A stretch of DNA of 64,000 nt, taken from NCBI GenBank assembly GCA_965242725.1, contig CBDESZ010000034.1, forward strand, positions 43,195 to 107,194, given 5' to 3'. Of this stretch, positions 1 to 10,511 are shown one piece after another (position 1 is the first letter of the stretch; each line of letters begins with the position of its first letter). This stretch comes from Alkalispirochaeta sp. (GTDB taxonomy: Bacteria > Spirochaetota > Spirochaetia > DSM-27196 > Alkalispirochaetaceae). A program made the translations under genes and the position numbers. Below the pieces are notes generated by a model. That model was not told where the DNA came from. It searched no databases and saw nothing but the letters and a program-made list of their open reading frames with translations.

Positions 1-1454
1 TCGAGATCTACCAGCAGGGTCATTTCCGTATTTGGCGTGCTCTCAGCCATGATTGCGTCGTGGGGAAAGGAAAAATCGGATGGGGAGAAAACCGCGGACT
101 GACTGTACTGAATGTCCACATTGTCAACTCTGGGAAGGTTGCCCACGCTGCCTGTTATGGCCACGTAGCATTCGTTTTCGATCGCCCGTGACTGGGAGGT
201 ACGACGGACACGGAGATAACCGTTCTTTGTATCGGTCCAGAAGGGAACGAAGAGAATCTCCAGACCGCGATCACTCATTATTCTCGCTGGCTCGGGAAAT
301 TCGACGTCATAACAGATGAGAATTCCCACCTTTCCCGCGTCGGTATCAAAGACTCTCAGGGCGTTCCCTCCTTGAATGCCCCAGCTGATACGCTCCTGAG
401 GAGTGATATGGAGCTTGTACTGCCATTCAATGCGCCCGTCCCGGTGAAAGAGATATGCAACATTATACAGTTCACCGTCGTCCCACACGGGCATACTGCC
501 CCCGACGACGTTGATGTTGTAGGTGACGGCCATGTGAGAAATGGCGTCCCGCAACGCCGGAGTGTACTCCGCGAGGCCGCGCACGGCGGAAATGCTTGTC
601 TCCTGATCCGTCAGTTCCATGAGGGGGGCGTTGAAGAACTCGGGAAAGACACAAAAATCACCCTGGTAGTCCGAAATCGCATCGATGAAAAATTCGACCT
701 GCTCGAGGAGATCCTCCAGGGACGACACCTTTCGCATCTGCCACTGTACGAGTCCGACACGGACATGTCGCTTCGGCGCGGTAACCGCAGACTGCTGCCT
801 TCTCTGGTAGTATATATTCACCCACTCAAGGAGCGTGGCGTTACCACGGGACTTCCGGTCCTCCGGGATGTAATCCTCCAGAACCCGCTTTACCTGAAAA
901 TCGTTGTTCAGCTGAAATGTCAAAATGGGATCGTATATGTCCCGTCGCTTCACCCGCTCGATATACTCGTGAGGCGAAAACTCCGATGCATGCTTGTAAT
1001 AACCTGGTATTCGACCGCCCGCGATAATCGCCCGGAAATTGAGCTCCCGACAGAGTTCTTTTCGGGCGTCATAGAGACGACGACCCAGACGGAAACCGCG
1101 GTATTCGGGATCAACGAAAATGTCCAGACCGTACATGGCGTCCCCGTCGGGGTGGTGTACGACGGCGTCATTGCCTTCCAGCAGTTCGTCATAGGTGTGG
1201 GCATTTGAGAATGCGGCGTAGTCGACTCGCACGGTGAGGGCAACGGCAACGATGACTCCGTTGTCCTCGATACCGAACTGCGCTTCCGGGAAGCGACGCA
1301 GGAGACTTGCAATGACTTTCTTGGGCCACGCGCCGTCAAGGTCCACGTAGACCTTGTCCATGAGCGTCTTGATCTGGGGATAATCCTCCATGTGCAGATT
1401 GCGCAACTGAAGATGGTGGAGATCGTTGGTTCCGTCGTGTGTTTCGTTGTTCAT
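1..1454 (-). CDS. Bifunctional GNAT N-acetyltransferase / carbon-nitrogen hydrolase (nitrilase superfamily); 3' end runs off the window
   Basis: Not in the ORF track because there is no stop codon in the window. Manual translation from ATG 1454: MNNETHDG...LRNLHMEDYPQI...GLDIFVDPEYRGFRLGRRLY (GNAT acetyl-CoA motif), then VRVGLVQWQM...VFPEFF...YKLHITP...ILICYDVEFPE (Glu-Lys-Cys triad). The frame is open to base 1. Confidence 0.92.
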   Translation of the reverse strand, partial: MNNETHDGTNDLHHLQLRNLHMEDYPQIKTLMDKVYVDLDGAWPKKVIASLLRRFPEAQFGIEDNGVIVAVALTVRVDYAAFSNAHTYDELLEGNDAVVHHPDGDAMYGLDIFVDPEYRGFRLGRRLYDARKELCRELNFRAIIAGGRIPGYYKHASEFSPHEYIERVKRRDIYDPILTFQLNNDFQVKRVLEDYIPEDRKSRGNATLLEWVNIYYQRRQQSAVTAPKRHVRVGLVQWQMRKVSSLEDLLEQVEFFIDAISDYQGDFCVFPEFFNAPLMELTDQETSISAVRGLAEYTPALRDAISHMAVTYNINVVGGSMPVWDDGELYNVAYLFHRDGRIEWQYKLHITPQERISWGIQGGNALRVFDTDAGKVGILICYDVEFPEPARIMSDRGLEILFVPFWTDTKNGYLRVRRTSQSRAIENECYVAITGSVGNLPRVDNVDIQYSQSAVFSPSDFSFPHDAIMAESTPNTEMTLLVDL

Positions 1455-1470
1455 ACGGTCTTTGACCGTA
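1454..1470. promoter_or_regulatory. Perfect 7-3-7 palindrome TACGGTC-TTT-GACCGTA in a divergent promoter gap (possible operator)
   Basis: Seen directly; it overlaps a TTGACC -35-like hexamer (1462-1467, + strand) and the start codon of the minus-strand gene. Confidence 0.35.
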
Positions 1471-1502
1471 CCACGTTTTCAAGGGTATCTTACAGAGAAA
1501 CT

Positions 1503-2588
1503 ATGACTATTTCACAAATATTCTTACGCGTCGCCGGTGAGCGGGCCGCGGGAGCCGTGTCCTATTTCGACGGATCAAATCTGCATATTTCCGCCGCCGG
1601 TATCGGTCCGGGAACATATGAGGAACGGGCCTTTGTCACCATGTCCCGGGAACGGCTGGATCACGCCGCCCGCTCCGACGATCCCCTCTCGGAAATCCTG
1701 CACGATCCCGACGGCGGCTCGGGTTTGCTTCCTCCGGGGATAGAGACACTCCTCCATTACCTCATGCCGCAGAGCTACGTCGTCCACGTGCGTTCACCGC
1801 AGATTGCGGGTCTTCTGGCGGGCACGGAGGGGGAGCGCCACGTATCCGCCCTGTTTGGCGGGGACGCTCTCTGGGTCGCGACGACACCGCCCACCAATGA
1901 GCTCTTTCACACCGTCAAAGCGGCGATTTCAGCGTCTGAAAAGACAGACCCGCCGTGCCCGTACCTTTTTATGCAGAATCACGGACTCCTCGTCGGCGCC
2001 GATTCGCCGGAAGGTATCGAAAGAGCGTGCCGGAAGGTGGAGGAAGCCGTTCATGCGGCGATCGGACGTCACCCGCGCCTTTCGCCAATGCGTCGCGACA
2101 CCCATGACCTCATGGAATTCAACGAGGCGGTTCGGCGCGCCTTCGCGGACACCCGTGCCGCCCACGGTTTCGCGTTGAATGCCCCCGTGACGACGGCATG
2201 CGCCAATCCGGAAATTGACCTGCGCGCCGAATCGGAGGAACGTTTTCGCCCCGTTTCACGCGCCCTTCTCGGCAGGTACGCGTCACACCTCGGCCGGGCG
2301 CTCTGTTTTGTCCCCCGGCACAGCGACCTTACATCCCCCCAGGCGCTCCTGGCCGACGTGCTTCACAGCATTCACGATTTTTCAGATTCCCATGACGCTG
2401 CACCGCGGGTCGTCGTCATTCAGGGCGGCGGGGCGGTCATCGTAGGAGACACGGAAGAAGAACTTGCCAAGTTGTGTTCGGCCTTTTCCGCGACGCTGGA
2501 AACGGCGTGTTACGCTGAGAGCTTTGGTGGCGCCGGCGGACTCTCAGATCAGTACTTTGAAGCCCTGATCGAAGCGTCCGGACGATAG
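1503..2588 (+). CDS. Class II aldolase/adducin-fold protein with a degenerate active site
   Basis: PGIETLLH..VVHVRS..MQNHGLLV matches the class II aldolase PSIETxLH..VVHTH..NHG pattern. ATG 1503 chosen to avoid overlap with the divergent gene. Confidence 0.7.
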   Translation: MTISQIFLRVAGERAAGAVSYFDGSNLHISAAGIGPGTYEERAFVTMSRERLDHAARSDDPLSEILHDPDGGSGLLPPGIETLLHYLMPQSYVVHVRSPQIAGLLAGTEGERHVSALFGGDALWVATTPPTNELFHTVKAAISASEKTDPPCPYLFMQNHGLLVGADSPEGIERACRKVEEAVHAAIGRHPRLSPMRRDTHDLMEFNEAVRRAFADTRAAHGFALNAPVTTACANPEIDLRAESEERFRPVSRALLGRYASHLGRALCFVPRHSDLTSPQALLADVLHSIHDFSDSHDAAPRVVVIQGGGAVIVGDTEEELAKLCSAFSATLETACYAESFGGAGGLSDQYFEALIEASGR

Positions 2589-2620
2589 AGCGATTCCCGT
2601 CGATCCAAGATTGCCGGCTA

Positions 2621-3882
2621 TTACGACGAGCGCCTGGTAAGACGCCCCGATCTGATCTGATTTCTTCCGTTTTTCTTGGCGGAGTACAGTGCTTTGTCCG
2701 CGGCCTTGAGAACAGCCTCAAGGGGCTGGCCTGTATCGGTGCGAACGGCAAAGCCGATGCTGCAGGTGACGGGAATGTTTTTCCCCCTGTGAACCACCGG
2801 CTTCTGCTCCAGCCCAGGCGTACCCGTTCCAGAAGAGGACGGGCCCGCTTGTGGTCATAGCGTGGAATGATGACAAAGAGCTCTTCTCCGCCGAAGCGGC
2901 CTACCATTCCGTCGGGTACGATTTTCGCCCTGATGCGCTGCGCCGCGTCCCTGAGCACCGCATCTCCCGCGTCATGACCGTATGTGTCGTTGACCTTCTT
3001 GAAATGGTCAAGATCAATGAGCGCGATGGCGCAGGGCGGTCGGGTATCAAGGGCACTCTGGTCCCGAAGGACACGCTCACACCACTCCCGGTTATAGATC
3101 CGAAGGAGCGGGTCGTAGGAGGCGCGGTTTTCGAGGCGCCGAAACCAGTGAATCAACGTCCCGGCGGCGACGGGAAACGGCAGCGCCGTCATCACGATAC
3201 CGTGAAGGACCGGATCGTTTTCCGCGAGGAGCCACCCCAGGGAGAGAAGCACGACCGAACCGGCGTGAATGCCGCCTATCCCGAGGCTGTGGGACTCCGT
3301 GAAGAGGGAGAGAAATATCACCGCCGCCGCAACACTGCTTAACCCCCAGAACGCCGTCGACTGAAAGTTACCCGCCCGGGCCAGCTGAAGTGCCAGAAAA
3401 CGGCGGAGTACCGGTACGGATATCCCGACGACAAACCATACGACGATGATCCCCACGATTACCACCGTCATTCTCCGGGTGAAATGGTACCCCAGGTATT
3501 CAGGCACGATGACGGTAATGAGAAATACAAAGAGAAAAGAGAGATAGGCAAGCAAGACGGTGGCTGAGAAATACTCCCCGGGATCGCCGGTGCCGATATT
3601 CGGCAACAGCATGAAAAAGATAATCGATACCACGCTCGTTACGGCCACGCCCAACCCCATGGCGTAGACCTTGAAATTGTGGACCCGGGGGTATGACGCG
3701 TATCCGAACCACCCGGCGGACAGCGCGCCGACCGCTCCGACGAGGTAAAAGAGCCGTTCCCTGAGAATCGTCTCGGCGGTGAAATCCATCCTCTGCCGCA
3801 GAGAAATGACGAACACCGTCAAAATCAGCGCAATGACGAATTGCAGGAATCCCCAAGTGTTCCGTTCGTGTTGAAGTGCCAT
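2621..3882 (-). pseudogene. Multi-TM GGDEF diguanylate cyclase with a 1-nt frameshift near 2813-2815
   Basis: About 8 hydrophobic helices, then YDPLLRIYNR..DLDHFKKVNDTYGHDAGD..GRFGGEEL. The conserved C-terminus (VTCSIG..AADKALYSAKKNGRNQI, TAA at 2623-2621) is in another frame. Confidence 0.8.
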
Positions 3883-3904
3883 CACTGTCTCCGCGTTTCG
3901 GCGA

Positions 3905-5200
3905 TCACCCTGCCCGGTGACGCCAGATATTTTTTACCTCGTGGGCGATAATTTCTATGCCCCGTTTTACGTCTTCCGGCTCCTGGCCGTAGTTAATGCG
4001 AATACATTCCCCCTTGTGTCTCCACTGCGCGATTTCTTCATTTCCGAAAAAGAAGTATTCGCCGGGTACGACAAGAACGTCCCGCTTTTTCAGCCGTTCA
4101 TAGAGCTGCACCGTTGGGACGGGAAGATCGGGCATCCACAACCACAGGAAGATGGATCCCTCCAGTCGGTGAATCGAATACGGCACATCATCGCCGAAGG
4201 AGTCGGCGACGTGGCACTGCGCATTGTACGCTCGTTTCCGGTAAAACGGCAGGATCGTATCCCTGGAGAGGCTGATGATCGACCGATCCCTGACCATCGG
4301 CTCGACGATATATTGACCGACCGTCGCATTTGCCAGACTGATCACCGCATTCGCCCTGGACAGGGCGGTGATAATTTCCTCCGAGGCTACAATGATGCCG
4401 GTACGGGTGCCGGGCAATCCGATCTTGGAAAGGCTCATTCCGAGAACGGTGTTCTCGTTCCACATCGGCTGGGCGCCACCCTCCACCACGTCGTCAAAAA
4501 TAATGTGAGGAAATGGCATTCCGTAGGCGTTGTCGATAAGTAACGGCACGTTGTAACGCCGTGCCAGTTGATCGAGCCTGGCGACCTCGTCATCGGTAAG
4601 GACGTTGCCCGACGGGTTTGTCGGTCGGGAGACGCATATCGCGCCTATGCCGGCTCTTCCGTCGCGACCGCTTTCTGCAAGCACCCGTTCCACCGCCTCA
4701 AAATCGACGTGGTATTTGTGGGTATGTTCATCGAGACGTTCGATTCTCGGCTTTACGGCGACCAGAGTGTCCGGATCTATGCCCTGGTCGGCATATCCGA
4801 TGTATTCCGGCAGGAGCGGAAAGAGAATTCTTTCGGGTCCGCTGAACATGTTCAGAAGCATGAAAAAGGCCGTCTGACTGCCGTTGGTAATGGCGATATT
4901 TTCGGGTCCGACGCTCCACTGATACTCACTCTGAAACATATCCGCCAGGGCCGCCAGAAAGCTGGGCTGCCCCTGGGGGGTATCATAGCGACCGAGCATC
5001 TGTTCGATTCCGCGCTCGTCCACCAGAAGATCCTGCAACCGTCTTCGCCACACAGCTTCCATCGCGGGAATCGATGCGGGATTTCCGCCACCGAGCATGT
5101 ATTTTTTTTCGCTCCCCGCCAGGGCGCGTCCCATGTCATCCATGAGATCCATGATTCCCGTATGACCGGAAAACTTCTCGCCGAATCGTGACAGTCGCAT
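3905..5200 (-). CDS. avtA: Valine-pyruvate aminotransferase
   Basis: MRLSRFGEKF..MLGGGNPA..SRPTNPSGNV..IDNAYGMPFP..SLSKIGLPG. Start at ATG 5200; the upstream part of the listed ORF is antisense to serA. Confidence 0.9.
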   Translation of the reverse strand: MRLSRFGEKFSGHTGIMDLMDDMGRALAGSEKKYMLGGGNPASIPAMEAVWRRRLQDLLVDERGIEQMLGRYDTPQGQPSFLAALADMFQSEYQWSVGPENIAITNGSQTAFFMLLNMFSGPERILFPLLPEYIGYADQGIDPDTLVAVKPRIERLDEHTHKYHVDFEAVERVLAESGRDGRAGIGAICVSRPTNPSGNVLTDDEVARLDQLARRYNVPLLIDNAYGMPFPHIIFDDVVEGGAQPMWNENTVLGMSLSKIGLPGTRTGIIVASEEIITALSRANAVISLANATVGQYIVEPMVRDRSIISLSRDTILPFYRKRAYNAQCHVADSFGDDVPYSIHRLEGSIFLWLWMPDLPVPTVQLYERLKKRDVLVVPGEYFFFGNEEIAQWRHKGECIRINYGQEPEDVKRGIEIIAHEVKNIWRHRAG

Positions 5201-5269
5201 ATGTCGTGAGTATATCCGATGAATGACGACGTTGAAACTGCCGTCTGAAGCGGTGTAGCCTGCCCAATC

Positions 5270-6448
5270 ATGGCAAACATCAAAACCTACAACAAGATCG
5301 CCCCCGAAGGGATCGCCATTCTCACCGACCGCGGTCACACAGTCGGCCCTGACGTGGATAATCCGGAGGGCATCCTCGTGCGAAGCGCCTCGCTTCAGGA
5401 TGTACCGTTCTCCTCCCGTCTCGCCGCGATCGCAAGAGCCGGCGCCGGTGTGAACAACATCCCCGTCGAACGTTGTACACAATCGGGTATCGTGGTCTTC
5501 AACACCCCCGGATCCAACGCAAACAGCGTCAAGGAACTGGTCATTGCCGGTTTGATGATATCCAGTCGCAGAATTATCGAAGGGTGCACGTGGGTCGGCG
5601 GCCTCGATCCCCGCTCCGTCGATATCGCGAAAGAGGTGGAACAGAACAAGAATTCCTTTGTCGGTCCCGAACTGGCAGGAAAAAAACTTGGTGTTGTAGG
5701 TTTGGGAAAGATAGGCGTCATGGTTGCCAACGCCGGGGAGGCGCTGGAAATGTCCGTCATGGGTTACGATCCCTACCTCTCCGTTGAAAATGCGTGGGGC
5801 CTCTCCCGTTCGGTGTCCCGTGCGGAAAGCCTGGAACACCTCCTCAATGAAGTTGACTACCTGACGCTCCACGCACCGCTGAACGACGGCACGCGGCACA
5901 TGATCAATAAGAACACTCTCAAACGGGCAAAAACGGGTATCCGTATCCTCAACTTCGCCCGGGGCGCCCTGGTTGATACCGCGGCGGTCGTTGAGGCGCT
6001 GCACGGAGGAAGAGTGAGCCGATATGTGACCGATTTTCCCGAGCCTGAGATCATCGGTGTACCCGGCGTCATCGCCATACCCCATCTCGGTGCGTCCACA
6101 CCCGAGGCGGAAACAAACTCGGCAGTGATGGCGGCTCGACAGCTCGCGAATTACCTCGAGATGGGAGATATCCGCAACTCCGTCAATTATCCCACCTGCG
6201 AAATGAACCTGGAAACGGAATCGCGTCTCCTCGTGTCAAACAGAAACGTTCCCAACATGGTGGGGCAGATTACCACCGTACTCGCAAGCGCCGGCATCAA
6301 CATCGCCGATATGCTCAACCGTCATCGGGGCGACGTGGCATACAACATCATCGATACGGATACCCCCGTTCCCGACGGCGTGATCGACCAACTTCGGGAG
6401 ATAGACGGCATTATCCGTATCAGAACCGTCGAGAGGAAGCGCTCATGA
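5270..6448 (+). CDS. serA: D-3-phosphoglycerate dehydrogenase with C-terminal ACT domain
   Basis: [26 protein letters not shown] Rossmann motif, [13 protein letters not shown] domain [11 protein letters not shown]. Confidence 0.93.
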   Translation: MANIKTYNKIAPEGIAILTDRGHTVGPDVDNPEGILVRSASLQDVPFSSRLAAIARAGAGVNNIPVERCTQSGIVVFNTPGSNANSVKELVIAGLMISSRRIIEGCTWVGGLDPRSVDIAKEVEQNKNSFVGPELAGKKLGVVGLGKIGVMVANAGEALEMSVMGYDPYLSVENAWGLSRSVSRAESLEHLLNEVDYLTLHAPLNDGTRHMINKNTLKRAKTGIRILNFARGALVDTAAVVEALHGGRVSRYVTDFPEPEIIGVPGVIAIPHLGASTPEAETNSAVMAARQLANYLEMGDIRNSVNYPTCEMNLETESRLLVSNRNVPNMVGQITTVLASAGINIADMLNRHRGDVAYNIIDTDTPVPDGVIDQLREIDGIIRIRTVERKRS

Positions 6449-7506
6449 AATTTTCCATCAGGACGGGACTGCGTATCTTCCTTGCCGCGGTTCTCATCAC
6501 GGGAGTGACCTTCATCGCCGTCGGACAGGAATCCTCCGTCACCCCCGACACGCCGGGTTTGTACGCGGAAATAACGACCTCCCGCACCATTTCGGGGGAG
6601 AATACGATACTCCTGCGTCTCTTCTACAAGCGCGCTCCGATGACGGTGATCAATTTCGTCGGTCTTGCAGAGGGGACGATCCAACACAACCGGAGGCCGG
6701 GCACCCCCTTCTACGACGGCCTCACCTTTCACCGCGTCATCGACGACTTCATGATCCAGGGCGGAGATCCCGAGGGGACCGGTCGCGGCGGACCGGGATA
6801 CCGCTTTCCCGATGAAATTCATCCTGAACTGCGCCATGACCGCCCGGGTATACTGTCTATGGCAAATGCCGGGCCCGATACCAACGGCAGCCAGTTTTTT
6901 ATCACCCACGGTCCCACTCCGTGGCTTGACGGGAAACACGCCGTATTCGGCGAGGTTGTTTCCGGACAGGCGGTAGTGAACGCAATTCGACAGGGGGATC
7001 GCATCGAAAGGGTGCGCATTCTTCGCGTCGGTGAGGATGCCCGGGCATTTCAGACTGATCAGGACGCCTTTGAAAGGGCCCGGGTCGCCGCCACCGAGGA
7101 GGCGGCTCGCAGGGACGCGGCACGTCGCGAGGCGGCTGTTGGGCAGATTCGCCGCCAGTTCCCCGACGCCGAACGTGGCGAAACCGGTATCTGGACCCGC
7201 ATCGACAGATCGGGGCGCGGAAGGCGTCCGCGTCCCGGATCCACCGTTACCGTGCACTACACAGGAAAGCTCCTCTCAGGACAGGTGTTCGATTCAAGTC
7301 GGCAGCGGGGACCCTTCTCGTTCCCCCTTGGGGCGGGACGGGTCATACGGGGATGGGATCTCGTTGTTGCGGACATGCGTGAGGGAGAACGGCGGACCGT
7401 CATACTCCCCCCGGAACTTGCCTACGGTGACCGCGGCGCCGGCGGCGTTATTCCCCCGGGAGCGCATCTGATCTTCGAAATCGAGCTGCTGGACGCCGGC
7501 GAGTAG
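6445..7506 (+). CDS. Secreted peptidyl-prolyl isomerase, cyclophilin + FKBP fusion
   Basis: Signal peptide; cyclophilin [58 protein letters not shown]. Confidence 0.92.
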   Translation: MKFSIRTGLRIFLAAVLITGVTFIAVGQESSVTPDTPGLYAEITTSRTISGENTILLRLFYKRAPMTVINFVGLAEGTIQHNRRPGTPFYDGLTFHRVIDDFMIQGGDPEGTGRGGPGYRFPDEIHPELRHDRPGILSMANAGPDTNGSQFFITHGPTPWLDGKHAVFGEVVSGQAVVNAIRQGDRIERVRILRVGEDARAFQTDQDAFERARVAATEEAARRDAARREAAVGQIRRQFPDAERGETGIWTRIDRSGRGRRPRPGSTVTVHYTGKLLSGQVFDSSRQRGPFSFPLGAGRVIRGWDLVVADMREGERRTVILPPELAYGDRGAGGVIPPGAHLIFEIELLDAGE

Positions 7507-7612
7507 GACCGGGCGGCGCTGCATCGCTTACGCGGCGCCGGCCGGGCGACGCCGGCGAGGCAGCTCCAGTTTACCCCGCTTCAGTTTACCCACGCCGGTT
7601 ACGCCGCGCCGG

Positions 7613-8788
7613 TCAGGAGAGCTCGTCCCATGCGGAGCGCAGGTCCTCCAGATAGCGGGAAATCTCCTTGCTCCTGTTGCGCAGCTCTCCGACGGCTTCA
7701 TCGTTACCGGCGGTCTGACTGCTCCTCGTCCGAGCCACATCGATCTTGAGCTGATTGAGCGCCTGCAACGCACCGGCGACGCGGAGACGAAGTATCTCCT
7801 GTTCCGAAGAGAGCTCGTCATGTGATTTCAACTGATGATCGATCTGTTCCATTCGACGCCGATACTCCTCTTTGAGTCGGTCGTCGGTAGCGGAGTTCAG
7901 TTGGCGTTGAAGGTGTAATTGATCCCTTCGTAGTTCCTCCAGAGGAATGGAACGAAGCAGCTCGCCGACCTCTTCATATGTCGTGTTCAGCGATTCAATC
8001 TGGGCGATGTATTGATCCAGTACCGATGTAATGTCGCTCCCGAGGGCGCCGGCGACTTCGGGATACTTCTTCACGTCACCGAGAATCGCAGCCTTGAAGG
8101 AGCGCGCTTCCCGGACGGGGTCGGCACCGGTTGCGACCTTTTCCAGACCGTTCCGCTTCCAGCCGACGGGACCATCCAGATGAAAGCCTGACTCGGCGAG
8201 GCGGGTCGTGAGCTCCCGTTCCTGACTGCGATACCGGCCGAAATGGTGAAAGATGCCGACGGCGATGAACCCGGAAGGGATAAACGCCCAGGGAAAACCT
8301 CCGCCGGTCACGACGTTGGTCATCACCAGGAGGGCAATGACCATTCCGTTGCTGCTCAGATGGCCCCACCACCGGCGGCGTACCTTCCACAACTCCCGAT
8401 GTATACGCAACTGCTGCCGTGTCGGTTTGCGTGCCGCCGTCACTTCCCGGTATTCCGCCTCCCTGACGCGTACGGTTGCGCGGTGGGACACATATCCGAT
8501 GCCCCATCCGAAGAGGGGAAAGAGAAACCACGGAAACCCGGCGCCTGTAATCGCCCAGATACCGGTGATAACCGCATTAACCCCGAGAAATGCCGAGGTA
8601 TGACCCGCCAGTCCGGACCGTTCCGAGGCGATCCGCCGGGAAAAGGCTTCCCGATAGCTGACGGCAAGCTCTTCATCGGTCAGCTCCCGCCGCTGGAGGA
8701 GCTTTTTCAGACCACCGCCGAGGGAGGTGAGCAGATCCTGTGCGCCGTCCCGGAGCTCATGCTCCATCCGGGATTTCCAGTCGTCCAT
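7613..8788 (-). CDS. Membrane protein with two 2TM hairpin domains and a C-terminal coiled coil
   Basis: Repeated H..F..VN..IW..TG.GFPW..P motif occurs twice; helical tail. Start ATG 8788 follows a TTGACC-17-TACAGT promoter. Confidence 0.75.
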   Translation of the reverse strand: MDDWKSRMEHELRDGAQDLLTSLGGGLKKLLQRRELTDEELAVSYREAFSRRIASERSGLAGHTSAFLGVNAVITGIWAITGAGFPWFLFPLFGWGIGYVSHRATVRVREAEYREVTAARKPTRQQLRIHRELWKVRRRWWGHLSSNGMVIALLVMTNVVTGGGFPWAFIPSGFIAVGIFHHFGRYRSQERELTTRLAESGFHLDGPVGWKRNGLEKVATGADPVREARSFKAAILGDVKKYPEVAGALGSDITSVLDQYIAQIESLNTTYEEVGELLRSIPLEELRRDQLHLQRQLNSATDDRLKEEYRRRMEQIDHQLKSHDELSSEQEILRLRVAGALQALNQLKIDVARTRSSQTAGNDEAVGELRNRSKEISRYLEDLRSAWDELS

Positions 8789-8895
8789 ACCGCCACTGTA
8801 GGTATCGTCATCTTCTTGGTCAAGTTGACGCGACAGGGACACGTCCGCGCCCCCGTGTAGCGTAATGTTTCGCCGGCGGCTACACTCATCGGTAC

Positions 8896-10350
8896 ATGGC
8901 AAAGAAACGACGTGTTTTTCAGTGTATCGCCTGCGGACATCAGGAACCGAAATGGCTCGGACAATGCCCCGCATGTGAAGAGTGGAATACCCTTGTGGAA
9001 CGGGAAATCAGGGAAACTCCGCCGTCGGGACGGTCCTCACGAGGGGGCGGTTCCGCCGCAGGTGACGGTCTCCGCAGCGGACAATCCGGCGGCGGCCCCG
9101 GCGCCCCGACGGCCGACAACGACGGAAGGGGAAACGCATTTCTCCACAGCGTTCGCCTCTCGGAGGTTGTCGCCGACCACAGTTCCCGCATATCCACCGG
9201 AATCGGCGAGCTCGACCGCGCCCTCGGGGGAGGGCTTGTCGTCGGCTCCACCGTGCTTGTCGGCGGCGAACCGGGCATCGGAAAGTCGACCCTCATGCTT
9301 CAAATGGCCGGAGAGGTGAGCCGCACCGGAACGGTGCTTTACATAAGCGGCGAGGAAAACATCGCGCAAATACGGCGTCGCGCCGAGCGGCTCAACGTCT
9401 CGGACACGCAGATATCCCTTCTCTGCACGACGTCCATGGATGAAATTCTCGATGAACTGGATGGCCTGCAGCCACGCCTCGTCGTCATCGACAGCGTCCA
9501 GACGATGATTTCCCCCGACGCCGGCACCGTGCCCGGTACGGTCAACCAGATCAAGTACATAACCCATCAGATCGCCGAGTGGGCGCACCGCTCGGGCGGG
9601 ACGGTGATCATGGTCGCTCACGTGACCAAGGAGGGACAGATCGCCGGTCCCAAGGTGGTGGAGCATCTGGTGGACGCGGTCCTCCTCTTTGAGCATTCCG
9701 ACGGGGAACTCCGTTTCCTCAGGGCAACGAAGAACCGCTTCGGCGCCATAGAGGAGTTGGGGATTTTCACGATGGAGTCCAACGGTTTAATTGAACTTCG
9801 TGAACCGGGGCGTCTTTTCCTGGGTACCGCGGAGGGAGAACGGCCCGCGGGGGTTGTGGCGGCGCCGTGCTATGAGGGGTCCCGTGTCCTCCTGGTGGAA
9901 ATCCAGGCGCTCACCGTTGCGGCGAAGGGCGCGGTGTCCCGCTCGTTTTCCGAACGGATCGACACGCGCCGGGTGGGTCGTGTCGCGGCGGTCCTTGAAA
10001 AACACGCCGGCGTCCGATTTTCCGACCAGGACGTCTACGTCAACGTTGCCGGGGGGATGCGCATTCAGGACGTCGCCATCGACCTGCCCCTTGCCCTGGC
10101 GCTCTACTCCGCCCGCACGGGACTGGCCGTACCGGCAGGCATGCTGGCGACGGGGGAGCTGACCCTTGCCGGTGAAGTCCGTCCGGTAACCCACCGGGGT
10201 CAGCGCGAAAAAGCGGCCCTGGACATGGGTTTTACTCGTCTCGTCGGGCCGGAAGGCGCAGCGGGACCGTCAGGTTCGATATGGAGATCCGTGTCGACGA
10301 TTTCAAATGCGATCAAGTCGGTCTTCGGCGCTCCGAAAGGGGTGTCGTGA
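8896..10350 (+). CDS. radA: DNA repair protein RadA/Sms
   Basis: C4 zinc finger (CIAC..CPAC), Walker A GEPGIGKST, KNRFG motif, Lon-like C-terminal domain. Confidence 0.96.
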   Translation: MAKKRRVFQCIACGHQEPKWLGQCPACEEWNTLVEREIRETPPSGRSSRGGGSAAGDGLRSGQSGGGPGAPTADNDGRGNAFLHSVRLSEVVADHSSRISTGIGELDRALGGGLVVGSTVLVGGEPGIGKSTLMLQMAGEVSRTGTVLYISGEENIAQIRRRAERLNVSDTQISLLCTTSMDEILDELDGLQPRLVVIDSVQTMISPDAGTVPGTVNQIKYITHQIAEWAHRSGGTVIMVAHVTKEGQIAGPKVVEHLVDAVLLFEHSDGELRFLRATKNRFGAIEELGIFTMESNGLIELREPGRLFLGTAEGERPAGVVAAPCYEGSRVLLVEIQALTVAAKGAVSRSFSERIDTRRVGRVAAVLEKHAGVRFSDQDVYVNVAGGMRIQDVAIDLPLALALYSARTGLAVPAGMLATGELTLAGEVRPVTHRGQREKAALDMGFTRLVGPEGAAGPSGSIWRSVSTISNAIKSVFGAPKGVS

Positions 10351-10356
10351 CGGTCG

Positions 10357-10488
10357 TATACACAATATTGGTGCACCGTCCCGTCTTCATCACGTCATCA
10401 AAAGGACTCGGATAGTCGCGCCCGAATTACGACGATATTTGGTTATCCCTCCTACGCTTCGGTCCATTTTGCAACACGATGGTGTATA
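10357..10488. mobile_element. Candidate 132-bp MITE with imperfect terminal inverted repeats (TATAC...GTATA ends)
   Basis: GTATACACAATATTGGTGCA (10356-10375) matches the reverse complement of TGCAACACGATGGTGTATAC (10470-10489) at 16/20 positions. Non-coding, between convergent genes; single copy seen. Confidence 0.4.
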
Positions 10489-10511
10489 CAGCCCCCGTAC
10501 ACCGGATGATC

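Noticed and set aside
53..319. Small Cys-rich ORF (CTECPHC..CPRC) resembling a zinc-finger protein
   Set aside because: It lies antisense to the nitrilase domain of the real minus-strand gene; shadow ORF.
495..506. Suspected frameshift at a C5 run in the GNAT-nitrilase gene
   Set aside because: Recounting gives in-frame VVGGSMP; the gene is intact.
372..1208. 278-aa plus-strand ORF
   Set aside because: Antisense shadow of the GNAT-nitrilase gene; no recognisable motifs.
5201..6085. Apparent 295-aa N-terminal extension of AvtA (726-aa ORF)
   Set aside because: Open antisense frame of serA, common at high GC; AvtA similarity starts at ATG 5200.
7567..7591. Direct repeat CAGTTTACCC x2 between convergent genes
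   Set aside because: Only two copies, 15-bp period, no promoter context; not a CRISPR or iteron array.
10340..10505. 6S RNA interpretation of the radA downstream element
   Set aside because: Not excluded, but stem mismatches are not G-U compatible and I recognised no 6S-conserved motifs; kept as a MITE candidate pending an Rfam scan.
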